Shown here piece after piece: positions 15,601 through 24,412 of a stretch of DNA of 26,843 bases. A program made the position numbers and the translations under genes. Each line of letters opens with the position of its first letter. The stretch's first letter is position 1. Location: IMG/VR virus record IMGVR_UViG_3300032097_000023, positions 1 through 26,843 of that record. One strand, given 5' to 3'. The notes beneath the pieces are model-generated. The model made no database searches and was not told the origin of the DNA. It saw only the letters and a program-made list of their open reading frames with translations. Source of the stretch: a virus. Its lineage: Duplodnaviria > Caudoviricetes.

Positions 15601-18489
15601 TTAAAGCCCTCCTTCACCTTTCTGCTTATTTACAACTACGATTCCCAGAGCAAGCACAATTCCCACACCCAGGATCCAATAAAGATAACTTGACCCATTG
15701 TCATCTTCAACAGGTATTTCCTCTTCTTCTTCTTTTTCTACCGTTGTAGGGACTTCAGTAGTTACCTGTGATGTTTCTTCAACTACCTCTTCCACATCAG
15801 TGCCGAACAGTGCATACAATGAGAAATGATTGATATAGGCTGTTGCTCTGCCATTTTCCCAGTCAACGGTTGTCTCCAAAGCAACCCATCCGCCCTCGGG
15901 CGTGTAAGAGTAGATAGTCGGATTTCTGCCTTCATACTCTTTCGGATCGAAGTCTATTGTAATGAGGACTTCCTTGCTGAAGGTTGTTCCTGAAGGACCT
16001 AAGTCATAGTAGAGGCCTGAATCAAGGACCTCTGCAGGAGTATCTGCTGGCAAAGATGCCGGAGTAGTTATAATTATCTTGCTCACAGGGTTACCTGAAG
16101 TATCTGTTCCTGCTGTTCCCTTGTAAAGTGTCAGAGTGGTTTTTGCATCAGATGATTTGACAACAGTATCACCGATCAATTCTCCATCATTGTTTGTTAA
16201 AAGTGTGGTTGTTGTCCCCTGTGATAACACTCTTGTAGCTACAGAACCGCTACTTGAGCCTGAAGAACTACTTGAACCAGAAGAACTGCTGCTTGGAGTA
16301 TCTTCAACGTAAAAGAGTCCAAACGTGCTAAACTCAGAGAGGTTTGCAGAGACATAATTACCTGTTGTATTAAGTGAGGTCTCATTTACTTCAGTCCAGT
16401 TGCTTCCACTTAACATATAGAGATCTACTGAGGATTCATCTGAACTGCTCATGTTGGAATCGTCATAGAAGAAGGCAACATTCAAATCCTCTGACCTGTT
16501 AATGGTTACATAGCCATTAACATTTGTTTTTCCGGAAAGAGCAGTAGCGTTTGTTTCAACTCCGGATATTCCTGTTTCAGATGAATCTGTGACAGTAGAT
16601 ATCTCTGTTGAAATATCGGTCAGTACAAGTTTGTCCACTATACAGTTGCTGGAAGATAATGCATAGAGAGCATAAATCCCGTTATCAATCGCCGTGTTTT
16701 CGGTTAAAGTATTGTTGTTTGATTCAGAAAGGACAATACCGTAATCATTGTAACTGGCATTATTGCTTGTCAGATGGTTGCTGATTGAGGAACCAAGGGT
16801 AATACCGTAAGTATTGTAACTGGCATTATTGCTTGTCAGTGTATTGTTGCTTGAACTAGAAAATAAAATACCGTAAGTATTGTCACTGGCATTATTGCTT
16901 GTCAATGTATTGTTGCTTGAACTATAAAGGAAAATAGCTAAAAAAGGGTGGTCATTGACATTATTGCTTGTCAGATTGTTGCTGATTGACTCATAAAGGT
17001 AAATACCGTAATTGCTATTGCCATTGGCATTATTGCTTATCAGATTGTTGCTGATTGAGAAATCAAGTTGAATACCATTATAATTGTCACTGGCATTATT
17101 GTTTACCAATGTATTGTTGCTTGAGGATTCAAGGTAAATACCCCGACCACTATTGTCATTGGCATTATTGCTTGTCAATGTATTGTAGTTGCATGAGGAA
17201 ACAAGGGAAATACCCTGATTATTATTATTGTTTGCATTATTGCTTGTCAGATTGTTGCTGATTGAGGAACCAAGATAAATACCGTAATCATTGTAACTGG
17301 CATTATTGCTTGTCAGTGTATTGTAGTTGCTTGACTCATAAAGGTAAATACCCTGATTATTATTATTGTTTGCAATATTGCTTGTCAATGTATTGTTGCT
17401 TGAGGAATCAAGGTAAATACCCCGTTGACTATTGGTGATTGCAATATTGCTTGTCAATGTATTGTAGTTGCTTGAGGAATCAAGGTAAATACCGCGAGTA
17501 TTGCCACTGGCATTATTGCTTGTCAGTGTATTGTTGCTTGAACTATAAAGGAAAATACCGTTATTATCATTGTCATTGGCATTATTGTTTGCCAATGCAT
17601 TGTTGCTTGAGAACTCAAAGGAAATACCCTGATTATTATTATTGTTTGCATTATTGCTTGTCAGAGTATTGTTGCTTGAGGAAAAAAGGGAAATACCGAT
17701 ATTATTGTCACTGGCATTATTGCTTGTCAATGTATTGTAGTTGCTTGAGGAATCAAAGGAAATACCGGTATTATCATGGTCATTGGCATTATTGTTTGCC
17801 AATGTATTGTTGCTTGAACTATAAAGGTAAATACCGAAATAGGTATTGTTATTTGCATTATTGTTTGCCAATGTATTGTTGCTTGAGGACGAAAGGTAAA
17901 TACCGGTATTATCATTGTAATTGACATTATTGTTTGTCAATGTATTGTAGTTGCTTGAGGACGAAAGGTAAATACCGCCATTATTGTCACTGGCATTATT
18001 GCTTGTCAGAGTATTGTTGCTTGAACTATAAAGGTAAATACCTATACTATTTCCAGTCAAGGTATTATTTGAAATCGTGCAGTACATTTGATTGTTTAGA
18101 TAAATAGCCGCCTTGGGACTATCATCAGTCGCACCTGTAATATTGAATCCGCTTATTGTGACATTATCTACCTGCACATCAAATACATGATCGCTACTTG
18201 AGCTAGCCCGGATGGTCGTGTTCGCAGAGCCGTTCTGAGAGCGAATTGTGACTTCGGTGGCAACATTTATGTTCTCGGTGTAAGTACCATCATTCACAAT
18301 AATGGTATCGCCGTTAGTTGCGTTTGCAAGTGCGGCAGTGATGGTTGAATTCCCAAGTCCCTCGCCGACTATGATATCGGCTGCTGAAACTGGCCCTGTA
18401 CATGAAAGTAAAATGCAGACTAACGCTGCTAAAATAATATAGTATTTATTTGATGTCATTTTATCCACATTCGTGTAAATTATATCCAT
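15601..18489 (-). CDS. Cell-surface NosD/parallel beta-helix repeat glycoprotein (host-type cargo)
   Basis: Signal peptide (YYIILAALVCILLSCTGPVSA), GDTIIVNDGTYTENI cap, about 20 GIxLxSSSNNTLTSNNA repeats, Ser linker, C-terminal TM helix and basic tail; true start may be MTSNKYY. Confidence 0.9.
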   Translation of the reverse strand: MDIIYTNVDKMTSNKYYIILAALVCILLSCTGPVSAADIIVGEGLGNSTITAALANATNGDTIIVNDGTYTENINVATEVTIRSQNGSANTTIRASSSSDHVFDVQVDNVTISGFNITGATDDSPKAAIYLNNQMYCTISNNTLTGNSIGIYLYSSSNNTLTSNNASDNNGGIYLSSSSNYNTLTNNNVNYNDNTGIYLSSSSNNTLANNNANNNTYFGIYLYSSSNNTLANNNANDHDNTGISFDSSSNYNTLTSNNASDNNIGISLFSSSNNTLTSNNANNNNNQGISFEFSSNNALANNNANDNDNNGIFLYSSSNNTLTSNNASGNTRGIYLDSSSNYNTLTSNIAITNSQRGIYLDSSSNNTLTSNIANNNNNQGIYLYESSNYNTLTSNNASYNDYGIYLGSSISNNLTSNNANNNNNQGISLVSSCNYNTLTSNNANDNSGRGIYLESSSNNTLVNNNASDNYNGIQLDFSISNNLISNNANGNSNYGIYLYESISNNLTSNNVNDHPFLAIFLYSSSNNTLTSNNASDNTYGILFSSSSNNTLTSNNASYNTYGITLGSSISNHLTSNNASYNDYGIVLSESNNNTLTENTAIDNGIYALYALSSSNCIVDKLVLTDISTEISTVTDSSETGISGVETNATALSGKTNVNGYVTINRSEDLNVAFFYDDSNMSSSDESSVDLYMLSGSNWTEVNETSLNTTGNYVSANLSEFSTFGLFYVEDTPSSSSSGSSSSSGSSSGSVATRVLSQGTTTTLLTNNDGELIGDTVVKSSDAKTTLTLYKGTAGTDTSGNPVSKIIITTPASLPADTPAEVLDSGLYYDLGPSGTTFSKEVLITIDFDPKEYEGRNPTIYSYTPEGGWVALETTVDWENGRATAYINHFSLYALFGTDVEEVVEETSQVTTEVPTTVEKEEEEEIPVEDDNGSSYLYWILGVGIVLALGIVVVNKQKGEGGL
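16681..18050 (-). repeat. Intragenic tandem repeats, about 20 units of 66-72 nt
   Basis: Recurrent ggcattattgcttgtca..gtattgttgcttga..aggtaaatacc units encoding beta-helix coils. Confidence 0.9.
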
Positions 18490-18800
18490 GCGTCATCGAT
18501 TAAGAACGGAATTGTAATGATTGTCTAAATATCTTCAACTATCCTCTATAATTCTTACAGATTGTATACTTGAATACGATATCGATTTCATGAAAATTGG
18601 CTATAACTTAAGGCAGACATCTGGTGTGAAATCGATACTTTCAGGCAAGAATTCTCCTTAACTGGAGACCAATGAAGTAATATCAACTTTTATCTAGCAT
18701 AATATGATACATCTCAAATATATTATAATACGATTATTATAGTATTAAAAGCTTCATGAAAAAGTGGTCATTTTCCTTTATTATGGGATATCGGTAAAGT

Positions 18801-19046
18801 TCATTCCTTCATACATTTTGACTTCTTCAAGCCCAATATCTCCCTCAAGTTCCCTCGTAGAATAGAGGATACCGTATAGAATTCACAGCCTGTTTCAATG
18901 CAGATCTGATTCATAGAGATCCCGTTTGCATACATGACCAGGATGGTGTGCTCAGATTCCGGAATCTCAACGTCTATGCGAATGTGAGTACGTTTTTCTT
19001 TTCCGTACTTCCTGCGTACTGTTCCGGATAAGGGTGTCTTCTTCAT
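18801..19046 (-). CDS. Small HTH protein
   Basis: ILVMYANGISMNQICIETGCEFYTVSSILR helix-turn-helix pattern. Confidence 0.65.
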   Translation of the reverse strand: MKKTPLSGTVRRKYGKEKRTHIRIDVEIPESEHTILVMYANGISMNQICIETGCEFYTVSSILRGNLREILGLKKSKCMKE

Positions 19047-19318
19047 GCTCTCCAGTTCTCCTCACCAAGTGGTGTTGGTAATCCACATCGGTTGCAATTG
19101 AATACATACATCAGATGTCCATTGCCACATTTCGGACATATCCAGGGGAGTGGCATTATTTTCGTGACATCCACATCCTTTGGAACATCAAGAAGGCTTT
19201 GTTTTCCCATGTGTCGAACTCCATGCTTTGTGGAATGTGTATCGACCATCAGGTCGTCGAGTTGCTTTGCTTTTGGCCAGCGGAAGCCAGCGTCTACTTT
19301 TCGGCCATGCATTGTCAT
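19043..19318 (-). CDS. Zn-ribbon protein
   Basis: WICPKCGNGH...CNRCG; ATGA-coupled to the next gene. Confidence 0.65.
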   Translation of the reverse strand: MTMHGRKVDAGFRWPKAKQLDDLMVDTHSTKHGVRHMGKQSLLDVPKDVDVTKIMPLPWICPKCGNGHLMYVFNCNRCGLPTPLGEENWRA

Positions 19319-19336
19319 TTTGTGTTCTCTCCGTGT

Positions 19337-20740
19337 TCAAAAGTTGTAGTTTCCAATTCCACCGATTGATTTGTATTCGTCTCCTGTCATCACCAGCTGG
19401 ACAGCATAGCTCAGCACATCGACCTGGTCGTCATGTGCTCCAGTAGGGAAACCCAGCAGTTCATTAATGAAATCATCCAGCCAGAAAGCGCCTTTCAAAA
19501 GGTACACTTTCCCAGCTTCCATTCTGGCAGCTGCAGGCAGAGCTCTGGTGACTTTGTCCTTGTCGGGTTTGAGTGCCTTGATAGGGAGACCTTCGTTGAC
19601 AAGCATCTGGTAGAGGATCTTTCCCACGCCGGCATCTTCGACTCCCTGGAATGTAGGTGAATGTCTCTGAAACTCTGACTTAAACAGGTTGATCTGATCA
19701 GGACCCTCGAGTCTGGTCTTTATCAAGTCAAAAAGAATCAGATCGTTGTCCTTTGTCTGTGCCCACGTGCCAAGAACAAAAAAGTCAGCACTGCCCTTTG
19801 TACTCGCTGCAGGATCACATGTCTGGAAGATCCGGCAGTCTTCGTACATCACATGTTTGTCGGATCCATCATTCTGATAGAGAGAGAAAACACCATCTTT
19901 AAGTGAACAGTACTTCAGGTGTTGACTCTTGAAGATTGCACCTTCCAGCGGTTGGGGATGCTGCTGATAGAGGGCGTTAAACCAGTATGAACCCAGAGTA
20001 CTCTTAATATCTTCAAGTGCCTGGACATTGTACCTCATTGGCGAGAGTGCTTCCCCACATTTTCTTCCAAGAGGATCTTCTTCCTCGGCAATTGCAGGAA
20101 GGGATATGACAGTCCACTTGTCAGGTTCTTCCTTGAGGAGACGGCCTGATAGATCATCCTCGTGCCATCTGGTCTGAATGATGATCACAGCTCCTCCGGG
20201 TTCAAGTCTTGTATACGCAGTAGACTTGTACCATTCTGCAGCCTTGTCCCTGAAAGTCTTTGAATTTGCTTCTTCTGCATTCTTTACCGGATCGTCAATT
20301 ATGAGAAGGTGAGCTCCCTTGCCTGTGATGGGACCTCCGACACCAGCTGTGACCATTCCACCATCATGCCCTTCAATGTCCCATCGGTTCCTTGCAGAGG
20401 ATGCACCGGAGACCGCCAGGCCGAACAGATGACCATTCTCATCCAGGATGTTTCTGGCCTTGTATCCCCAGGAAGCTGCAAAGTCTGCTTCGTATGATGT
20501 CAGCATTACTCTCTTGTCTGGATTGTGTCCCAGGAACCATGCAGAGAAATACTTCGATGTGAGTTCGGATTTGCCATGTCTCGGAGGCATGAAGATCATC
20601 AGATGTTTGGTCTCTCCATTGACCACTTTGATAAGGGCATCTGAGAGCATGAGCAAGTACTCGAATCCTATCCACTTGAACCGGCTGCAGTACTGGGCGA
20701 ACAGTGCTGGCGTTACCGTATAGATCTGGTCACCTTCCAT
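19337..20740 (-). CDS. terL: Terminase large subunit
   Basis: Walker A MPPRHGKS, Walker B LLIIDDP, QTRWHEDDL, ALYQQHP, nuclease DPA and HDDQVD; ATG at 20740 preferred over 20803. Confidence 0.95.
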   Translation of the reverse strand: MEGDQIYTVTPALFAQYCSRFKWIGFEYLLMLSDALIKVVNGETKHLMIFMPPRHGKSELTSKYFSAWFLGHNPDKRVMLTSYEADFAASWGYKARNILDENGHLFGLAVSGASSARNRWDIEGHDGGMVTAGVGGPITGKGAHLLIIDDPVKNAEEANSKTFRDKAAEWYKSTAYTRLEPGGAVIIIQTRWHEDDLSGRLLKEEPDKWTVISLPAIAEEEDPLGRKCGEALSPMRYNVQALEDIKSTLGSYWFNALYQQHPQPLEGAIFKSQHLKYCSLKDGVFSLYQNDGSDKHVMYEDCRIFQTCDPAASTKGSADFFVLGTWAQTKDNDLILFDLIKTRLEGPDQINLFKSEFQRHSPTFQGVEDAGVGKILYQMLVNEGLPIKALKPDKDKVTRALPAAARMEAGKVYLLKGAFWLDDFINELLGFPTGAHDDQVDVLSYAVQLVMTGDEYKSIGGIGNYNF

Positions 20741-21185
20741 CTGCAGACTCCTGTTCGATGATTTTCTTTGACAGCCTTCTTGACAGCTCATTGGCCTGCT
20801 CAACTATCTCAGGGGAATTGATCACAGCCACAGCATTGTTGATAGTGACATCGACATCATGTTTGGTATGTCCCTGCAACTCGGATACGAATTTCAAATA
20901 ATCCAGCTCAGTATTCTTGTCATCCGCAGCTTTATCTGATTTCGCATCAAGTGTTTTCAGAGCTTTCTTGAGTATCCCTGCCTTTGTTGCCCTCTCATCA
21001 AGCAGAACAAACTCATTCACTTTGTCCTTAAATTCGGGGAATAGGTTCCACCAGCTGACAGTATCTCTACGTACTCCACATTCTTTTGCAATGTCTCCGT
21101 GAGTCATCGTGGTTGTTGCTAACAGTTTCGCAGCTTTTAGTCTCCGTGAGTTCCAATTCCATTTCGTTGGTTTTTGTTGGGACAC
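20730..21185 (-). CDS. Terminase small subunit (N-terminal HTH)
   Basis: RRLKAAKLLA..MTHGDIAKECGVRRDTVSWW HTH; overlaps the terL start. Confidence 0.75.
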   Translation of the reverse strand: MSQQKPTKWNWNSRRLKAAKLLATTTMTHGDIAKECGVRRDTVSWWNLFPEFKDKVNEFVLLDERATKAGILKKALKTLDAKSDKAADDKNTELDYLKFVSELQGHTKHDVDVTINNAVAVINSPEIVEQANELSRRLSKKIIEQESADGR

Positions 21186-21346
21186 TATTTCCCTCCGGAT
21201 GTTATCTTTGACAACTTCACGGTTTTTGCCTGGACAACTTTCATTACTTCACCGCAGGAATGACATTTAACCTGGTCAACCGGTTCGATGATATGAATAA
21301 GATCCTTGCAGTAGAGGCAATGTCGAGAAACTGGTTTGAATGTCAT
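21185..21346 (-). CDS. 53-aa Zn-ribbon protein
   Basis: Own translation MTFKPVSRHCLYCKDLIHIIEPVDQVKCHSCGEVMKVVQAKTVKLSKITSGGK*; ATGA and TAGTG overlaps with both neighbours. Confidence 0.7.
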   Translation of the reverse strand: MTFKPVSRHCLYCKDLIHIIEPVDQVKCHSCGEVMKVVQAKTVKLSKITSGGK

Positions 21347-21792
21347 GCTTCCACCTCAGCCATTTTCCTGGCGAACCATTCCTTTGCTTCAGATGTGTTC
21401 TTGAATTGATACAGGTCAACAATACGTGGCCAGTTCATGTCGCCTTTTTTCCAGAGCTTGATAGTGCTATCCTTGAACTCTTCGAATCTTTCTACCCTCA
21501 TAGTCTCAAGATATCCCTCTACAATGTCCTCTTTTTGTTCGGTTACCTTTTGTTCTATTTTCTGCTGCTTTTCAATCATCCTTACCGTCATCAGATTCTG
21601 CTCAAGTTCCATTAACTTCATCTTTGTCTGTGCAATCTCTTCTTCTATGAGTTTGGACGGAGCTATCTCAGACAGGCACGCATTAAGACCCTCCTCGAGA
21701 ATATCGGAGAATGTTTTACCGTGGATTATCTTTAATGATTCAAACAATATTTTTTTCTCATGATCAACATTCAAATGAATATGAACTTTCAT
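21343..21792 (-). CDS. RHH-like/coiled-coil protein, possible late regulator
   Basis: MKVHIHLNVD..K..F..LK...GKTFSDILEEGL (strand-helix-helix) followed by heptads; GGTGA RBS. Confidence 0.6.
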   Translation of the reverse strand: MKVHIHLNVDHEKKILFESLKIIHGKTFSDILEEGLNACLSEIAPSKLIEEEIAQTKMKLMELEQNLMTVRMIEKQQKIEQKVTEQKEDIVEGYLETMRVERFEEFKDSTIKLWKKGDMNWPRIVDLYQFKNTSEAKEWFARKMAEVEA

Positions 21793-21832
21793 TTTTTCAC
21801 CGGGATATAGTGCGGATTTTATCCTGTTCGCC

Positions 21833-21966
21833 TATGCGTATACTATGCGTACGCATACTATATGCGTAAAAATAGTATCCACTATTTTTAAAAGGCGAAC
21901 GTTCGCTGCATACTGGTATTTCTTGGGGGTTTGGGGGTTTTTAGTATGCGTATGGTGTACGCATAC
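21833..21966. other. Putative replication origin: TATGCGTA iterons, palindromes and G-strings
   Basis: Six TATGCGTA/TACGCATA copies (21833, 21844, 21850, 21861, 21945, 21958); 10-bp IR 21867-21890; GCGAACGTTCGC palindrome 21895-21906; two TTGGGGGT runs. Confidence 0.55.
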
Positions 21967-21985
21967 GCGCATCAATTTACAATGT

Positions 21986-22642
21986 TTACACCTCTATACA
22001 TTCGGAGTGAGTGAGTTCATCAGAAAGTTGTTCGAAGTACTTCTGCTTGTCAAACGTTTGTTTGTCAAAATCAGTTTTAAAAGTACTTTTTATCGTATCC
22101 GTTTTAAGAGGCACAGCAGCATCTAGCATCTGTACCTCGGTTGCAATTGAAGCAAGCTCATTATCAGAGAGGGTGGCACAGGAGATCGCATCATCCCATG
22201 GTTCAAAGATCACTTCTTCATCACAGCTGGTGTATTCAGACATGTAAGGATCTTCAGCACACATCTGGAAGAATCGGTCAAAATTAGTAATGCGTCTCTT
22301 TGTAGACGCATCATAAACACAGAGTTCTATTCTTCCAGGACCTGCAAATATAAAATATGGGTTTTCCAACACTTTCAGGAATCGTAAAGCCTTCTTATAA
22401 TTCTTGTCCGGTTTGCTTGTGGGAGATCCAGGATTGTAATCAGATATCCATCCATTTTGCTCAAGGATAGAGCATACACTGTCGTGTACATAGAATCTTA
22501 TCTTCTTCTGGATCTTCATCATTCCCAAGAGTGCTATGTATGACTCTTTCAGAGCTGCATTCTTCGGGTACACGAACTGCTCCTTGAAAACATCTCTATT
22601 TAGAGAACAGTTGGATTCTTCAGGGGTCAGTTCACTCACCAT
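21986..22642 (-). CDS. Hypothetical protein, candidate replication initiator
   Basis: Largest early ORF, immediately upstream of the iteron region; no family motif recognised; start uncertain (22642, 22654 or 22684). Confidence 0.55.
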   Translation of the reverse strand: MVSELTPEESNCSLNRDVFKEQFVYPKNAALKESYIALLGMMKIQKKIRFYVHDSVCSILEQNGWISDYNPGSPTSKPDKNYKKALRFLKVLENPYFIFAGPGRIELCVYDASTKRRITNFDRFFQMCAEDPYMSEYTSCDEEVIFEPWDDAISCATLSDNELASIATEVQMLDAAVPLKTDTIKSTFKTDFDKQTFDKQKYFEQLSDELTHSECIEV

Positions 22643-22705
22643 CTCTCTCTTCATTACGAGGGTGCTCTCTATTCCACACTTCAATGAATCTGGTCCAGCA
22701 GCACA

Positions 22706-23008
22706 TCAGGCCACCTCCGTGTTGTCCCAGACCGTCAGGACGCTACTACCTGGGTGAACACATGTCAGTTTCTGACAGCCGGCGTCCATCAAAAGGCCAC
22801 CAATTAAAGCAGCAACTGGGATTGGTACTCTTCCAATCAATTCTGCGCAAAAATCGTTATGGTTGGGTAGTTGTCCAAGTACCCATCCTTCAACATCATC
22901 CATCTGCTGAGGATTCAACCGCATGAATGGGTTTTTCCTGTCGCCTGTCCAGAAGTCCTCTGGAAACTTTCTCATATCAATTCCAATTGTTAGTTCACAA
23001 TCTTTCAT
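22706..23008 (-). CDS. Hypothetical 100-aa protein, weak Csx3/STAS-like pattern
   Basis: ORF in the early operon; ELIGRVPIPVAALIGGLL...KLTCVHPGSSVLTVWD. Confidence 0.6.
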   Translation of the reverse strand: MKDCELTIGIDMRKFPEDFWTGDRKNPFMRLNPQQMDDVEGWVLGQLPNHNDFCAELIGRVPIPVAALIGGLLMDAGCQKLTCVHPGSSVLTVWDNTEVA

Positions 23009-23115
23009 TTTCGATTTTCCTTTTCATTTTATAGGAGGTACCTGCAGCGAGTGAGGGGTTATTTTGTTTTTAGTTTCGGTGCTAGGGTGGTACAGAATCT
23101 ATCGCTGCAGGCAAA

Positions 23116-23195
23116 TGACACCGTCCGGAGTCGAACCGGATTACCAGCATCCTTCCTAGTCGCTGCAAAGCAGTCCGACGGCTGGCCATGGAGTC
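23116..23195 (-). ncRNA. tRNA-like element (non-canonical)
   Basis: Perfect T arm TCCGG-TTCGACT-CCGGA; 5/7 acceptor stem GACTCCA/CGGTGTC plus discriminator A; no canonical D or anticodon arm. Confidence 0.45.
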
Positions 23196-23252
23196 TTGTT
23201 GTAATGGAGGTAGAGAGGCACGATGGATCGGGAACCGTGCCTCTTTGGATAA

Positions 23253-23576
23253 TCATACGGTGGCTCCTTCGGGAGAACATTTGTCCCAGTATCGGGTGAT
23301 ATAGTACGGTGTTTCAACACCCATGAAAATAGCATCCTTTGGAGTCATCCCTGGATTATTCTCCCGTGCTGCTTTGAGTACATCCAGTCGTTGTTTTCGC
23401 TCAGCTCGAGTGACTCCACCGCTTAGCAACACTTCTGGCCGGGAGGCATATTTCGGCGTAGTCATGGAGAGGCCACATCGTTCGCAGACATGGTCTTTTT
23501 TTGTCTTTCTTTTTCTGACACGCAAGGAACCACATGAGGAGCATGTTTTTCTTTCTCTGACTTTTGCAGTGCTCAT
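23253..23576 (-). CDS. Zn-finger protein with basic C-terminal helical domain
   Basis: CSSCGS...HVCERCG. Confidence 0.7.
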   Translation of the reverse strand: MSTAKVRERKTCSSCGSLRVRKRKTKKDHVCERCGLSMTTPKYASRPEVLLSGGVTRAERKQRLDVLKAARENNPGMTPKDAIFMGVETPYYITRYWDKCSPEGATV

Positions 23577-23716
23577 GCTTCCACCCGCTCGTTACATTTA
23601 GGACAGTAAATTGCATTCGTTCTGCACTCCCAGGAGACATTGAACGTATGTCCCTTGCTGCAGATGCAGGCAGAAACTGTACGACCGTCTTTGATTTCGG
23701 GAATCTCGGAGATCAT
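23573..23716 (-). CDS. 47-aa Zn-ribbon protein
   Basis: Own translation MISEIPEIKDGRTVSACICSKGHTFNVSWECRTNAIYCPKCNERVEA*; ATGA overlaps at both ends. Confidence 0.7.
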   Translation of the reverse strand: MISEIPEIKDGRTVSACICSKGHTFNVSWECRTNAIYCPKCNERVEA

Positions 23717-23925
23717 GCAAAGACCTCCTTTCCAAAGACACGGTTCTGGCATGATTGACAGAGGCCGGACGTCATGTATTCATGCAGAGATAGTCCGTCC
23801 TGGAATTGTTCCGGATCGATCTTTGTTCCGCACTGTGGGCATAAGCGTTGGTCTACTTTCTCCTGTGCTCCCGGATACATGGTGCGGGTCAGTTGGTTTA
23901 GTTGAGGAATGGGTACGAGGGTCAT
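23713..23925 (-). CDS. Small viral Zn-finger protein
   Basis: CPQCGTKI...F.D.LSLHEY..SGLCQSCQ pattern; ATGA overlaps. Confidence 0.75.
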   Translation of the reverse strand: MTLVPIPQLNQLTRTMYPGAQEKVDQRLCPQCGTKIDPEQFQDGLSLHEYMTSGLCQSCQNRVFGKEVFA

Positions 23926-24266
23926 GCTTCGGCCTCCGGTGCTTTCATTCGGTCAACCATTTTGGCAAGATCTTCCTGGTAGTATTGCTCCATCTTCTCT
24001 GGAGATATCTCCATGATGTACTCATGTCCACATTCCGAACATGACCACCACGATCTTGCACCATATCCCTTGAGGACAGCTGCATTAAAACAGCCAGATG
24101 TGCCTCTGCATTTTGGACACGGCCTGTTTCTACCAACTGCTGTGTTCACGGTATCCTGTGCATAGTTGTACCTGCGTTGATCCTGGCCTTCCGAGAGCCA
24201 GTTCTTATCCTTTCCACGGATGGTTCCAGGTGTGACTCCGTGCTTTTTGCTGCGTCGGGATGCCAT
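23922..24266 (-). CDS. Zn-finger hypothetical protein
   Basis: CPKCRG...WSCSECGH; coupled to neighbours. Confidence 0.7.
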   Translation of the reverse strand: MASRRSKKHGVTPGTIRGKDKNWLSEGQDQRRYNYAQDTVNTAVGRNRPCPKCRGTSGCFNAAVLKGYGARSWWSCSECGHEYIMEISPEKMEQYYQEDLAKMVDRMKAPEAEA

Positions 24267-24412
24267 TAGTCAACCACTCCGATGATCTTCTGGACAGTTA
24301 TCAGGTAATCTTCAGTCTCGTGAACGTCGTCGGGAAACTCCAGTTCTTCGTCGTATCTGAGGTCATACTTCTCGATGGCATCTTCCAGGGAGCCTTTGTA
24401 AGGAACAGACAT
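24266..24412 (-). CDS. 48-aa acidic protein
   Basis: Own translation MSVPYKGSLEDAIEKYDLRYDEELEFPDDVHETEDYLITVQKIIGVVD*; TAATG overlap with the next gene. Confidence 0.65.
   Translation of the reverse strand: MSVPYKGSLEDAIEKYDLRYDEELEFPDDVHETEDYLITVQKIIGVVD

Noticed and set aside
17055-17924. Cys/Tyr/His-rich + strand ORFs (17055-17261, 17439-17924)
   Set aside because: Antisense shadows of the Asn/Ser repeat codons of the surface protein
16681-18050. Regularly spaced repeats resembling a CRISPR array
   Set aside because: Units are degenerate, multiples of 3 nt and encode beta-helix coils within one ORF; there are no unique spacers or cas genes
20741-20803. Longer terL start (MSRPMSC...)
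   Set aside because: Would overlap terS by 74 nt; the ATG at 20740 gives a typical short overlap
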